A stretch of DNA of 64,000 nt from an uncultured archaeon (GTDB lineage: Archaea; Asgardarchaeota; Thorarchaeia; Thorarchaeales; Thorarchaeaceae): positions 33,058-97,057 of the forward strand of contig CAZSWP010000009.1 in the NCBI GenBank assembly GCA_964610875.1. The letters are read 5' to 3'. The position numbers and the translations under genes were made by a program. Below the pieces are notes generated by a model that saw nothing but the letters and a program-made list of their open reading frames with translations, did not search any database and had not been told where the DNA came from. Below are positions 18,276-28,287 of this stretch, in pieces. Positions within the stretch are counted from its first letter, which is position 1. Every line of letters starts with the position of its first letter.

Positions 18276-19529
18276 TTATGTTTCATATTTTTGAAGCCCT
18301 TCTTTGAGGTCCGTAATCTTAGGCATGATTACAGGAACATCAGGTAGCAGTCTGTCAGGAGTTGAAAGATCTTTGAATCCGGAACCAGTGATTGGTACAA
18401 TAACACAATCAGAGGTATCTATAACACCCTCATTTTGTAGTTTCTCCAATCCTGCAAGTGCAGCAACACCGCTCGGTTCTGCAAAAACACCCTCGTACTT
18501 TCCAAGTAAAACTAGATATTTTTCAATCTCTTCATCAGATACTGCAACTACTTCACCATGTGCAATTTTGAGGTACTTTATTGCTGCATCACCATCCCAA
18601 GGAAACGGATCTGCAAGCCCTCCTGCTACTGTTTCATTGGAATCCCATGGAGTTATGTCTAATGGATCATGGTTTTCTTTATACGCTCTTACTATTGGAG
18701 CACACCCTTCGGGTTGAACTACCACTGGCTTTGGAATGTCATCGATAAATCCCATTTCTTTGAATTCCCAGAACCCTTTCATCGTACCAGCCATAAGTCC
18801 TCCACTACCAGTGGGGAATAAGATCCAATCAGGAACTTTCCAATTGAGATGTTCTGAAATCTCGTATCCCATGGACTTTGTACCCTCAAATTGAAATGCG
18901 TTGAACGGCCCGAATGAAGGACATGGTGTCCATCTAAGAGTGCTGCAGGCTTCTCGCAATAGGGTAGTTGTTGGATCAACACCCTCCTTTTCCTTTCGCA
19001 CCCTGAAAACTTTCGCTCCCAAAGTTCTAAGATGTATGAGTTTCCCAGCTGGTGCATTCTCAGGTACAAATACTACTGCTCTAAGTCCGGCTTTGGCAGA
19101 ATATGTTGACATTGCTGCAGCTGCATTACCTGAAGATGCAGCTGACACTGTATCTGCTCCATCTTCTACAGCTCTTGACACTCCTACACAGATTGGTCTG
19201 TCCTTAAAAGACCCCGAAGGATTAGAGGTTTCGAGTTTCAACCATAGTTCTTTCATTTGAAGAAATTTGCCTAATCTGTTCGCCTTTACGAGAGCTGTGC
19301 CACCTTCTCCCAAAGTCACAATATTCTCCCTTTTGCGAAGTGGCATAAATTCGAAGTATTTCCAGAGTCCTTGTGTACGCTTCTCAAGTGTTTCCCTATT
19401 GATTGAATCCTTAATTGTTTCTAGGTCCAAAGTGATATCAATACGACCACCACATCCATCATTTGGTGGAACATTGTCTTCACTGTATGTCTTTCCACAT
19501 TTTGCGCATTTGTATCGCCGGTATGTCAA
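18276..19529 (-). CDS. thrC: Threonine synthase family PLP enzyme
   Basis: TLGEGGT, NPSGSFKDR, ASSGNAAAA, EGTKS, PTGSGG, AEPSG, TGSGFKD. Confidence 0.88.
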   Translation of the reverse strand: MTYRRYKCAKCGKTYSEDNVPPNDGCGGRIDITLDLETIKDSINRETLEKRTQGLWKYFEFMPLRKRENIVTLGEGGTALVKANRLGKFLQMKELWLKLETSNPSGSFKDRPICVGVSRAVEDGADTVSAASSGNAAAAMSTYSAKAGLRAVVFVPENAPAGKLIHLRTLGAKVFRVRKEKEGVDPTTTLLREACSTLRWTPCPSFGPFNAFQFEGTKSMGYEISEHLNWKVPDWILFPTGSGGLMAGTMKGFWEFKEMGFIDDIPKPVVVQPEGCAPIVRAYKENHDPLDITPWDSNETVAGGLADPFPWDGDAAIKYLKIAHGEVVAVSDEEIEKYLVLLGKYEGVFAEPSGVAALAGLEKLQNEGVIDTSDCVIVPITGSGFKDLSTPDRLLPDVPVIMPKITDLKEGLQKYET

Positions 19530-19639
19530 TCTGTCACCAACCTCTAATCAATGATGCAGCTTGAATAAGTGGATTACGCCAGTACCACAAACAGAAATAC
19601 ATAACTCATCTTTCCCTCTCTTTTGGACTCTGGTGATAC

Positions 19640-20212
19640 TTGTTGGATACTCAGGTCTATGAAGCAGAGATCAAATTACCTGTAGATAACCTGGAAGAGG
19701 TCAAGAGGAGTCTCATAAATAAAGGAGCTACATATCTCAAAACTGAAACACAAATTGACACCTATTATGCACATCCCTGTAGATCCTTTTCAGAAACGGA
19801 TGAGGCATTCAGAACTAGAGTCATACATTGCAAGAAAAATGACACTCTCACTACTACTAATGAGGCAACTTACAAAGGTCCAAAAATAGATGAAAAAACA
19901 AAGACTCGAATAGAAACTAGTATAACAATCTCTGAACTTGCATCTTTCGTAAAACTGCTGGAACATTTGAGTTTCGAGAGGGTGGCCAAAATAGAGAAGA
20001 CTCGGATGTTTTATACTCTTGATAATATCACAATCGGTCTTGATGATGTGAAAAACCTTGGTGGTTTCATTGAACTGGAATGCATCATAGATGAGAAAGC
20101 AAAGCTCGAGTCTGCAAGCAAGGCTCTTTTTGCATTGGCGAAAGAGTTAGCTTTGCCGCTTGAACGAACGATACGCGAATCATATCTTGAGCTGCTGCTA
20201 TCTCAGGAGTGA
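19640..20212 (+). CDS. cyaB: CYTH family / class IV adenylate cyclase
   Basis: EAEIK, QIDTYY, DEAFRTR, TYKGPK, KTR, LGGFIELE, SYLELL. Confidence 0.88.
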   Translation: MLDTQVYEAEIKLPVDNLEEVKRSLINKGATYLKTETQIDTYYAHPCRSFSETDEAFRTRVIHCKKNDTLTTTNEATYKGPKIDEKTKTRIETSITISELASFVKLLEHLSFERVAKIEKTRMFYTLDNITIGLDDVKNLGGFIELECIIDEKAKLESASKALFALAKELALPLERTIRESYLELLLSQE

Positions 20213-20805
20213 ACATCCTCTGACAATTCCACTCTTAGTTCATCGACGAAATTTCTGAGTACAGTATGTCTTTTTCTCGCCAATTTTCTTCCATGGTCCG
20301 TGTACATCAAATCCTTCAGTTTCAATAGTTTCTCATCAGCATGACTAAGAAAACGCTCTACTCCCCCTTCGTTCTCCACTGCATGTGCAATAGCTCTAAA
20401 GACACCAATAGCTCCTAATGCATCTAATTTGTCTGCGTCACTGAGAATCTTTCCTTCTATAGAGCTTGGTGTCAATCCTTCACTAAACCGATGTGTTCTG
20501 ATTGCATCAACGACTGCATCAATCTCACACTCATTGTAATGAAGTTTTGTCAAAAGGGGTATTGATAGTTCTCCAGAAACAATGGAATGTGACAATCCTG
20601 TTTCTCTCTCTTGAGGCCTCCCAATATCGTGCAGTAGTGCAGCTGCTCCTAGTATTTTGATATCCGCCTCAGTGCTCTCAGCAATTCTAAGGGCTATATT
20701 ATACACACGTTTCGTATGATCGTATGCATGAGCTCCTGCTTTTTCTTTAGCAAACAGATTTTTTATGAAGTTATCAATCTCTTTTTCGGGGAACAATTCA
20801 ACCAC
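20203..20805 (-). CDS. HD-domain phosphohydrolase
   Basis: AHAYDHTKRV, AALLHDIGR, HRFS, DADKLDALGAIG. Confidence 0.9.
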   Translation of the reverse strand: MVELFPEKEIDNFIKNLFAKEKAGAHAYDHTKRVYNIALRIAESTEADIKILGAAALLHDIGRPQERETGLSHSIVSGELSIPLLTKLHYNECEIDAVVDAIRTHRFSEGLTPSSIEGKILSDADKLDALGAIGVFRAIAHAVENEGGVERFLSHADEKLLKLKDLMYTDHGRKLARKRHTVLRNFVDELRVELSEDVHS

Positions 20806-20993
20806 TCCATATTTAGGAATTAATGATGAGGTCAGAAAAACATCTCGCTACTGAACATTCAATTCGAAAAATAAACGACCCTAGTCCTAGAAAGCCTTTA
20901 ATCATTAGGTCTTTTCTAAAGTATATTGAGTGATGAACAGAAGTTCCCTCACCAGAAGCCTGCCACCGACCTGGCAACCGAGAGGCCATCTAC

Positions 20994-23900
20994 TTGAGTG
21001 CCGCAGAAGAACTTGCAAAGAAAAAGATGAGTAAGACTACTATTATTAGTACACTCGCTATAGTCATAATGCTTGTGTTCAGTGTAGTGACAGTGATACT
21101 CATCCAGTTTGACTCTGTAAGAACGAAAACACCACATACACAATATGAGCAAGTCGCTGATTGGCCTTATGATATTGATTGGGCTGGTGGACGCAGTAGT
21201 TGGTTTGATAATATAAATTACACAGACCTTCCGTTAGACCAGGAATTACCCGAAGACCTCCTTGAGCAGATGGAGAATGTTGTATTCGTTGCAGAACCTG
21301 ATGCTCCTCCACAGTTATGGAGGCGCAGTGCATATGATGCCTACGATGGTTCGGGCTGGGCGAAGACCCTTACTGGTGAAGAGCCTATCTCATTGATATC
21401 CTATGATACTGCTGTATCTCAGGGTAATGAAATCTATACAGTATATCTCAATATCACTGTTGGACCAAATGTTGGTTCAATCGAGCTACCTATACTCTTT
21501 CCTGGAATCCAAGTAATTGATGGTACATTTAGAACCGATCCAGATGATGCATTACTCAGCTACGAGGTCAGTACGGATGACTATGACACCTTACTCGTGA
21601 GTCCTTTTCTCAGGGGTGAAACTGGTGAAACCGTTCTATTGAGTTATGATGTTACTTACGAAAATCAAGACCTCGAAGCCATTGCAGCGAACGCACTAGA
21701 GGGTATCTCAGCTCCTCCCGGCATTGCTAATGTCTACTCTGTTCTACCATTCACACCCACTCAACGTGTATTAGATGAGATAGATCCTTTCCGTCTTGTA
21801 GGCGAAAACGCCTATGAAAAAGCTCGAACTGTTGAAGTCTATTTCCAGAGCCAATATGATTTGATTCTTGATGAAGATCGGGTTATGGAACGACCTTCAG
21901 AAGGACAAGAGGTGACTGATTGGTTCATAGAACGTGGTGGTGGCCTCCCAATGGACTTCGCCACAGCTTATTGTGTCTTCATGAGGGAACTTGGAATCCC
22001 TGCTCGAATGGTGACAGGGTACGCAGTTGGCGATGCAGTAGATGGCCAACGTATAATACGAGTTCGGCACATGATGTTCTGGGCAGAAGTATTCATCCCC
22101 TTATCTACAGGTGATGGTGAATGGATTCAAGTTGTTCCAATAGCTCTACCATCAAATATGGGTGGAGGAGAACTTCCTGAGAATACTGAAGAATCACAGG
22201 TCGAATTATTAGTGCTACAACCAACATGGGGATTCAGAGGCGATACGCTCAACTTCAGTGCTATTCTTCTCGCTAACATGGTCGCAATATCAGCTCCTGA
22301 AGATATTTACTTCTATGATGACACTGATGGTGTTGAGATGGGTGCGGCTACTATTCAACCTGATATGATTCAAGGAATAATTCCTGCGGCAAACATCTCA
22401 TATGATATTCCACTAGATGCATCTTTTGGAATTCATAATGTTTCAGCAACTTGGATATCTCCAACTTACTCGATCACCAATTATACATATTTCTACACGG
22501 TGGGAAGCGCAAGTCCTCTTAGTAAGACCACAACAGAAAATGGTCCTACTTCGTATTTTACTCCAAGTGAAACTTTTGATATTAATCTCAGACAGGGTCT
22601 CGATAATCATATTGCTCATTGGAATGATACACTACACGTGTTTGGTGTTCTCAGAGATGCTGATGGCAATCCAATTGATGGAACTACTCTTGAAAATGAT
22701 CAGGTCCTGATATATTGGGATGAAGATATCTATGGCTCAGCAACAGTTCAGTCAGATGGAAGTTATTCATTGGATATCTTTGTTGATGCAACAGATTTGA
22801 TACGGATGATGGTTGGCGACCATCTTGTATGGGCAGAATATCTTGGGGAATACGATTCCGAGTCTGGATTACCAATTCTCTTACCGGGCCGTTCTGCTGA
22901 TAACTCTACAGTTGAAGTACGAGGACTTCCTGAATTTACCCTAAACAGTCAATCAATTGCTTATCGTGGTGGAAACCTAACCTATCAAGGCACGATGCTG
23001 CTGCAGAACGGTACAGCTTTCGCAGGAGAAACAATAGGTCTTATACTTGATGGGGTGCTAGTTGGTACTTCTCTCACTGATGCATCTGGCAATTTCCTTG
23101 AAAACTACACGATTCCTAGTGGCTATCCAACAGGATTCAGCACTTTTCAGGTAAATTGGACCTCTCCATATTCGTTGCTTGATGGTGGAATAAGTGTGAC
23201 TGAATCTGTCGAGATTGTCAGTGGGGCGACGAATCTTACGATTGATTCTAATCCGAAGAGTCCTGATCCTGTCCATCTCTCAGAAAATATCACCATCTTT
23301 GGTTATCTTACTGAAGCAATTAGTGGTGATGGAATAGTTGGATACACTATCAATATCTATTGGGACAACGGGACTGGACCAGAGTTAATCGGTACTCCCA
23401 CCACAGTAGCTGGTGGATATTATGAGTTCAATTTTACTGTTCCTACAGACTACGAAGGTACTGTGACTTACTATTCTGAATTCATTTCTTCGACTCAACA
23501 ATATATTGATGCACAGTCAGATAACATGACCATTCTTGTGAAGAAATATGATTTGGCCATATCAATATCCGTCGCGCCCAATCCTGGACATGTGACTGAA
23601 GATATCACTATCCAAGGTGTTCTTTATCTTCCTGAATTTCTACCAACTCTTGCGGTTCTTCCAAATGAACATCTGAATATCTGGTGGCAAAATAGCTCGG
23701 GTGTCTTTAACCTGACAGGCATCTATACAAGTGCTGTAGATGGCACCTACTCGTATACATATAACATCCCATTGAATCATGCATTTGAAACAGTCCAAAT
23801 TTGGGTAAATTACTCTTCGCCGTACGTTGAAATATCAAGTAATCAATCGATTGTAGAATTCTTGCCAGTGACATATTTTACATCAAATATGACAATACAG

Positions 23901-26900
23901 ACAAATGCAACAAGCAATATTTTCTACCTGAATGAAACTGTATGGATATCTGGTTATCTAAGCTTAGAAAATGGAAGTGCTCTAACTAGTGCTCTAGTCA
24001 ATGTTTCATGGACCAATGCTACTGATACATACTATTATACAGTGTATACAAATGGCACTGGTTGGTATAATTTCTACTACAATTGTTCAGTTACTACCGA
24101 CTCTGCAGGCTCTATCACTGTATCTGCAATACACAATAATCTCACACGCGTCTATGATGGTTGTTCTGTTTTACTATCACCTAATGTTTCCTTAGAACTC
24201 TATCAACTAACAATAGATGCAAATACCAATGCTACAGAGATACATCAAGATGAGGTTCTTCAATTCTCTGGAACCATCACCTTTGACAATAATGGTGCTC
24301 CCCTCTCAGGCGGAACCGTTGTTGTTTATTACAAAAATAATACTGGCACCTACCTATTTCCAAAAGTGACTGATGCTGCTGGTAATTTTTTGTTTCTATA
24401 TAATTATTCAATAAATGATGCATTAGGTGCAGTATATCTATGGGCTAGATATACGAGTTCAAATCCCCTCTGGGACAATGCCGAGTCACTTAACCGAACT
24501 GTAAATATCATTCTCTATCAACTCACTATTACAACCCTCACAAACAGTACGTCTTATCACCAAGATGAAGTCGTACATGTCTATGGCAGATTAACATTTT
24601 CTCATAATGGAACTCCATTGGAAAATCAGCCTATACGTGTCTATTGGAATAATGGGACCGAATATTATTTCCAATGGTACATTACAAACTCAACTGGATG
24701 GTACAATTTCTATTATAACTTGTCGCTAAATGATGGCCTTGGCAGTGTAGATATATGGGCCACTTACAACAATTCGATTGGTCTACTAGACAATGCTACC
24801 AGTTACCCTGGTATTTCTATTGATATTATTCTTTATTCATTGACTTTAACCACTACAACTGATTCAGGTACATATTATTTGGACGAAGTAGTGTATGTAA
24901 CAGGACAACTGTATCGGGATGGTGTTGGACCAGTTGTTGGGGAAACTGTAGAGATTTATTGGTTCAATGGGACTGAATATATCATTGCAAGTCGTATCAC
25001 GAACACCACGGGTTATTACAATTTCACCTATGTTGTTTCGACAGAAACTGATGATGTGGGTTCGGTTTCAATCTGGGCAACATATACTTCGACCAACCCT
25101 CTATGGGATAATGCAACTAGCTACCCCGGTGTCACAATAGACCTCAATCTCTATTCTCTTACTCTAACTACATCTACTGATCTTTCAATATACCACCTTG
25201 ATGAATCGATATTTGTAGTAGGACGATTGACTTTCAATGTAAACGGAAGTCCTATCAGCGGAGCTTCAATCAGGCTCTATTGGAACAGTACTGGTACATA
25301 TTTTGATGGTATCATCACAAACTCAACAGGATACTTCAATTTCACATATGACTTGTCACCCCTTACTGATAGTACTGGGCCTCTAACAATATGGGCCACT
25401 TACACAGCCTCTAATCCTCTCTGGGAAAATGCAAGCTCGTCTCCTGGTAGCACCGTAAATATTGTACTTTACACACCAATTATGGACATTTTCCTCAATC
25501 CGAATCCTGTGTACCTGAACGAAACTATAGAGATAGCTGTTCGTCTATATTTCTCAAATGGTACTGGCATTGCTGGCGAATTGGTATCCTTCTATTGGAA
25601 TAATGGTACCGAGTATCTCATAACATCCGTATCAACGAATGCTTTGGGTTGGGCCAACATTACTTATGATCAAATGGATGAGGATGCTGTTTGGACGGTA
25701 ACCATTCGAGCCGATTTTGCAGGAAATGACTATGTTGCAAGTGTGCAGGTAACTGACATACTAACACTGCAACAATGGTTGACTTACATTTCTGGCTTTG
25801 GTACAGGTGGCATCACTGACTATTATCTTGGTGAAACGATAGTTGCAACTGGCAATCTCTACTATGACACTGGTGGTTCTGACCCTCCATATTATAACAT
25901 AATCGTAGAGCTGATTTTTGATGGATTAGTCGTTGCCACTGATGTGACCGCGCCTGATGGATCTTTTTCAATATCATGGGTGATTCCACAAGACACAACA
26001 CCAGGCACGTATGATGTCTACGTCAGATTCAATTCATCATTAAATTGGATTGCTGATTCTGCAGCCACACCAATTTCAATCAATCTAGACGCATACTATC
26101 TGATCTGGCAATTTGACCTTTCCAGAAATGTAGTATATCGTGGAGAGTACATAGTAATATCCGGTAATGTCACCATAGACAATGGTACTGCATATGCTTC
26201 TCAAGCTATACTTCTTTATTGGATTAGGGCTGGAACTGGTGGACAGGATGAACTCATAACATCAGTGTTAACACAGTTAGATGGTACATTTTCGTACTCG
26301 CTGTTAATTGAGGTAGATGCAAATCTTGGTACATATGAATTTTGGGCAGGTTGTGTACCTAGCCAGCCAACAATCACAGCAAGTAATTCGTCATCAAGCT
26401 TTGCTGATATAGAACTTGTACCTGTTTATCTGACACTAATTACTAACTCCTCAGTAGTGTATCGTGGCAATACTATAACATTCTCTGGCACGTTGACTTT
26501 TGGTGATGGTATATCCAGCGGCAATGGTTCCGCAATGGTTGGATACGACGTTGAAATATTTCTAAACGATGAATTAGTCGCAACAATAACGATAACAAAT
26601 TCCTCAGGTTACTTTACATACTCGCATCCAATTGCATGGGATCAAGACATTGGTGTCAATTTCTATTATGGTGAATTTTTGCAGCCGTCTATTGCTTTTG
26701 AGGATGAAGACACATCAGATGAGAGTCGGTCATTTGAAGTTCGTGATATGCTTACAGTAGAATTGGATACTCAAACGGTTACCATAATGTTTAGAGGTGA
26801 CACTATAGATGTTACCGGTATTATCTCGAATCAACAGGGTGGTATTTCAGATGTCACGGTCGAATTGGTTGTGGATGGTGTAGGCCAACAAATCTATGAT

Positions 26901-27812
26901 ATAACCTCGTCAACCGGATCATTTTCTGTCAGCTGGGATGTACCATCATCTGCTACCATTGGCACATATAATTTTACGATTAGTGTCGGTGCTATATATT
27001 ATGACATTGATTCGAATTCGGATTTCTGGGAGATTGACCTTCATCTTCTCTCACAAATAACCGGAGAATTATCAAGCTATCCCGATATCATGCCTGGTGA
27101 GGAGTTCGTGTTCATATTCGGTTTAGCAGATGAAGATGGTAATGCTCTGGTCGGCGAAGATGTACAAGTCTTTCTAAATTCGACTTCTTTAGGCACTTGG
27201 ACTGTTACAAGTGCAGGAAATAACCGAATAACCCATACACTACCAGAATCATGGCCTTCGGGTAATGGGTATTATGTCATACGTGTTGTCTATGCGGGAA
27301 GTGGTTCCATTAATGGTTCATCCGAATCGGGTGATAACAGGATGCATGTTTTCGTAGATATTGTATTTGCGTCTCCTAGTCCATCACAAACAGCTCCAGA
27401 TGTGCCATTCATAATAAGTGGAATCCTTGAAGATAGTGATGGAATTCCCATAGCAGAACGTACTGTAAGAATCACACTAAACGATTCAATTACGCATGAG
27501 ATACTGACCAATGATCAAGGATATTATGAATATCCGGTAAACGAAGGTTACCCTGAAGGATCTCTTTACTCTTACAGTGTTGCTCTATTAGATGCAGAGG
27601 GTGCAGTAATAGCATCGGAATCATTCGAGATTCTTATTCAAACTGGGCCCGGACTTAGCACAGCTTTGTTAATCATATGGGCTGTAGCTATTGGAGCTGA
27701 AGTTGTAATAGCACTGCTTGTTGTATTTCGTACAAAACTCTTTCAGCGAGGTACTGGAATAGGCAAAAGCAGTGATACAAAAGAAACCAAGAAACCAACA
27801 TTAGAAAGGTGA
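20994..27812 (+). CDS. Giant membrane-anchored surface protein: transglutaminase-like domain plus many Ig-like repeats
   Basis: N-terminal TM, LWRRSAYDAYDGSGW, MRELGIPARMVTGY, WAEVF, repeated beta-rich ~100-aa units, abundant NxS/T sequons, C-terminal TM and basic tail. Confidence 0.85.
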   Translation: MSAAEELAKKKMSKTTIISTLAIVIMLVFSVVTVILIQFDSVRTKTPHTQYEQVADWPYDIDWAGGRSSWFDNINYTDLPLDQELPEDLLEQMENVVFVAEPDAPPQLWRRSAYDAYDGSGWAKTLTGEEPISLISYDTAVSQGNEIYTVYLNITVGPNVGSIELPILFPGIQVIDGTFRTDPDDALLSYEVSTDDYDTLLVSPFLRGETGETVLLSYDVTYENQDLEAIAANALEGISAPPGIANVYSVLPFTPTQRVLDEIDPFRLVGENAYEKARTVEVYFQSQYDLILDEDRVMERPSEGQEVTDWFIERGGGLPMDFATAYCVFMRELGIPARMVTGYAVGDAVDGQRIIRVRHMMFWAEVFIPLSTGDGEWIQVVPIALPSNMGGGELPENTEESQVELLVLQPTWGFRGDTLNFSAILLANMVAISAPEDIYFYDDTDGVEMGAATIQPDMIQGIIPAANISYDIPLDASFGIHNVSATWISPTYSITNYTYFYTVGSASPLSKTTTENGPTSYFTPSETFDINLRQGLDNHIAHWNDTLHVFGVLRDADGNPIDGTTLENDQVLIYWDEDIYGSATVQSDGSYSLDIFVDATDLIRMMVGDHLVWAEYLGEYDSESGLPILLPGRSADNSTVEVRGLPEFTLNSQSIAYRGGNLTYQGTMLLQNGTAFAGETIGLILDGVLVGTSLTDASGNFLENYTIPSGYPTGFSTFQVNWTSPYSLLDGGISVTESVEIVSGATNLTIDSNPKSPDPVHLSENITIFGYLTEAISGDGIVGYTINIYWDNGTGPELIGTPTTVAGGYYEFNFTVPTDYEGTVTYYSEFISSTQQYIDAQSDNMTILVKKYDLAISISVAPNPGHVTEDITIQGVLYLPEFLPTLAVLPNEHLNIWWQNSSGVFNLTGIYTSAVDGTYSYTYNIPLNHAFETVQIWVNYSSPYVEISSNQSIVEFLPVTYFTSNMTIQTNATSNIFYLNETVWISGYLSLENGSALTSALVNVSWTNATDTYYYTVYTNGTGWYNFYYNCSVTTDSAGSITVSAIHNNLTRVYDGCSVLLSPNVSLELYQLTIDANTNATEIHQDEVLQFSGTITFDNNGAPLSGGTVVVYYKNNTGTYLFPKVTDAAGNFLFLYNYSINDALGAVYLWARYTSSNPLWDNAESLNRTVNIILYQLTITTLTNSTSYHQDEVVHVYGRLTFSHNGTPLENQPIRVYWNNGTEYYFQWYITNSTGWYNFYYNLSLNDGLGSVDIWATYNNSIGLLDNATSYPGISIDIILYSLTLTTTTDSGTYYLDEVVYVTGQLYRDGVGPVVGETVEIYWFNGTEYIIASRITNTTGYYNFTYVVSTETDDVGSVSIWATYTSTNPLWDNATSYPGVTIDLNLYSLTLTTSTDLSIYHLDESIFVVGRLTFNVNGSPISGASIRLYWNSTGTYFDGIITNSTGYFNFTYDLSPLTDSTGPLTIWATYTASNPLWENASSSPGSTVNIVLYTPIMDIFLNPNPVYLNETIEIAVRLYFSNGTGIAGELVSFYWNNGTEYLITSVSTNALGWANITYDQMDEDAVWTVTIRADFAGNDYVASVQVTDILTLQQWLTYISGFGTGGITDYYLGETIVATGNLYYDTGGSDPPYYNIIVELIFDGLVVATDVTAPDGSFSISWVIPQDTTPGTYDVYVRFNSSLNWIADSAATPISINLDAYYLIWQFDLSRNVVYRGEYIVISGNVTIDNGTAYASQAILLYWIRAGTGGQDELITSVLTQLDGTFSYSLLIEVDANLGTYEFWAGCVPSQPTITASNSSSSFADIELVPVYLTLITNSSVVYRGNTITFSGTLTFGDGISSGNGSAMVGYDVEIFLNDELVATITITNSSGYFTYSHPIAWDQDIGVNFYYGEFLQPSIAFEDEDTSDESRSFEVRDMLTVELDTQTVTIMFRGDTIDVTGIISNQQGGISDVTVELVVDGVGQQIYDITSSTGSFSVSWDVPSSATIGTYNFTISVGAIYYDIDSNSDFWEIDLHLLSQITGELSSYPDIMPGEEFVFIFGLADEDGNALVGEDVQVFLNSTSLGTWTVTSAGNNRITHTLPESWPSGNGYYVIRVVYAGSGSINGSSESGDNRMHVFVDIVFASPSPSQTAPDVPFIISGILEDSDGIPIAERTVRITLNDSITHEILTNDQGYYEYPVNEGYPEGSLYSYSVALLDAEGAVIASESFEILIQTGPGLSTALLIIWAVAIGAEVVIALLVVFRTKLFQRGTGIGKSSDTKETKKPTLER
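24198..25466 (+). repeat. Four tandem ~106-aa Ig-like coding repeats
   Basis: Units start at 24198, 24513, 24831 and 25149 (period 315-318 nt): LY(Q/S)LT...H/Y-x-DE...G...IWATY...WDNA. Confidence 0.85.
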
Positions 27813-28267
27813 TAAAAATGCAACTACTAGAAATCATGATGCCCGCTGTCGCTTTAACTGGCGCAATCATAGTGGTATTGCTCTACTTGTATTACGTCAA
27901 AGGGATGTTTCGAAAGCCTATGAAGACAACTAGTGTTGATATTCCAGGCAAACTAAGAAACATCAAGAAATTGGCTGATGCAGGAAAGTATGGACAAGCA
28001 ATTACATTAGCTTATAGAACATTTGAACAGATGTGTGGTACGAGAATACGTGCTGACCGCTCAAACTCTGAATCAGCAAGAGAATTCATTGAACGGGTTC
28101 TCCAGACCTTGCCATTGGATAGCGAGTCTGTAATGGAGTTTGTGCAAGCCTATGAAGAAGCAAGATTCTCAGGAAAAGAACTCCCTCGGGAAAGATATGA
28201 GTTTGCAATCAAAGTATTCTCTGATCTATATCCCCGTGTAGAGGGTGGATCAATTACCAGTAGATAA
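27809..28267 (+). CDS. DUF4129-like membrane-anchored protein
   Basis: N-terminal TM, SESAREF, YEEARFS. Confidence 0.75.
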   Translation: MIKMQLLEIMMPAVALTGAIIVVLLYLYYVKGMFRKPMKTTSVDIPGKLRNIKKLADAGKYGQAITLAYRTFEQMCGTRIRADRSNSESAREFIERVLQTLPLDSESVMEFVQAYEEARFSGKELPRERYEFAIKVFSDLYPRVEGGSITSR

Positions 28268-28287
28268 AAGATGATAACTATGTATGT

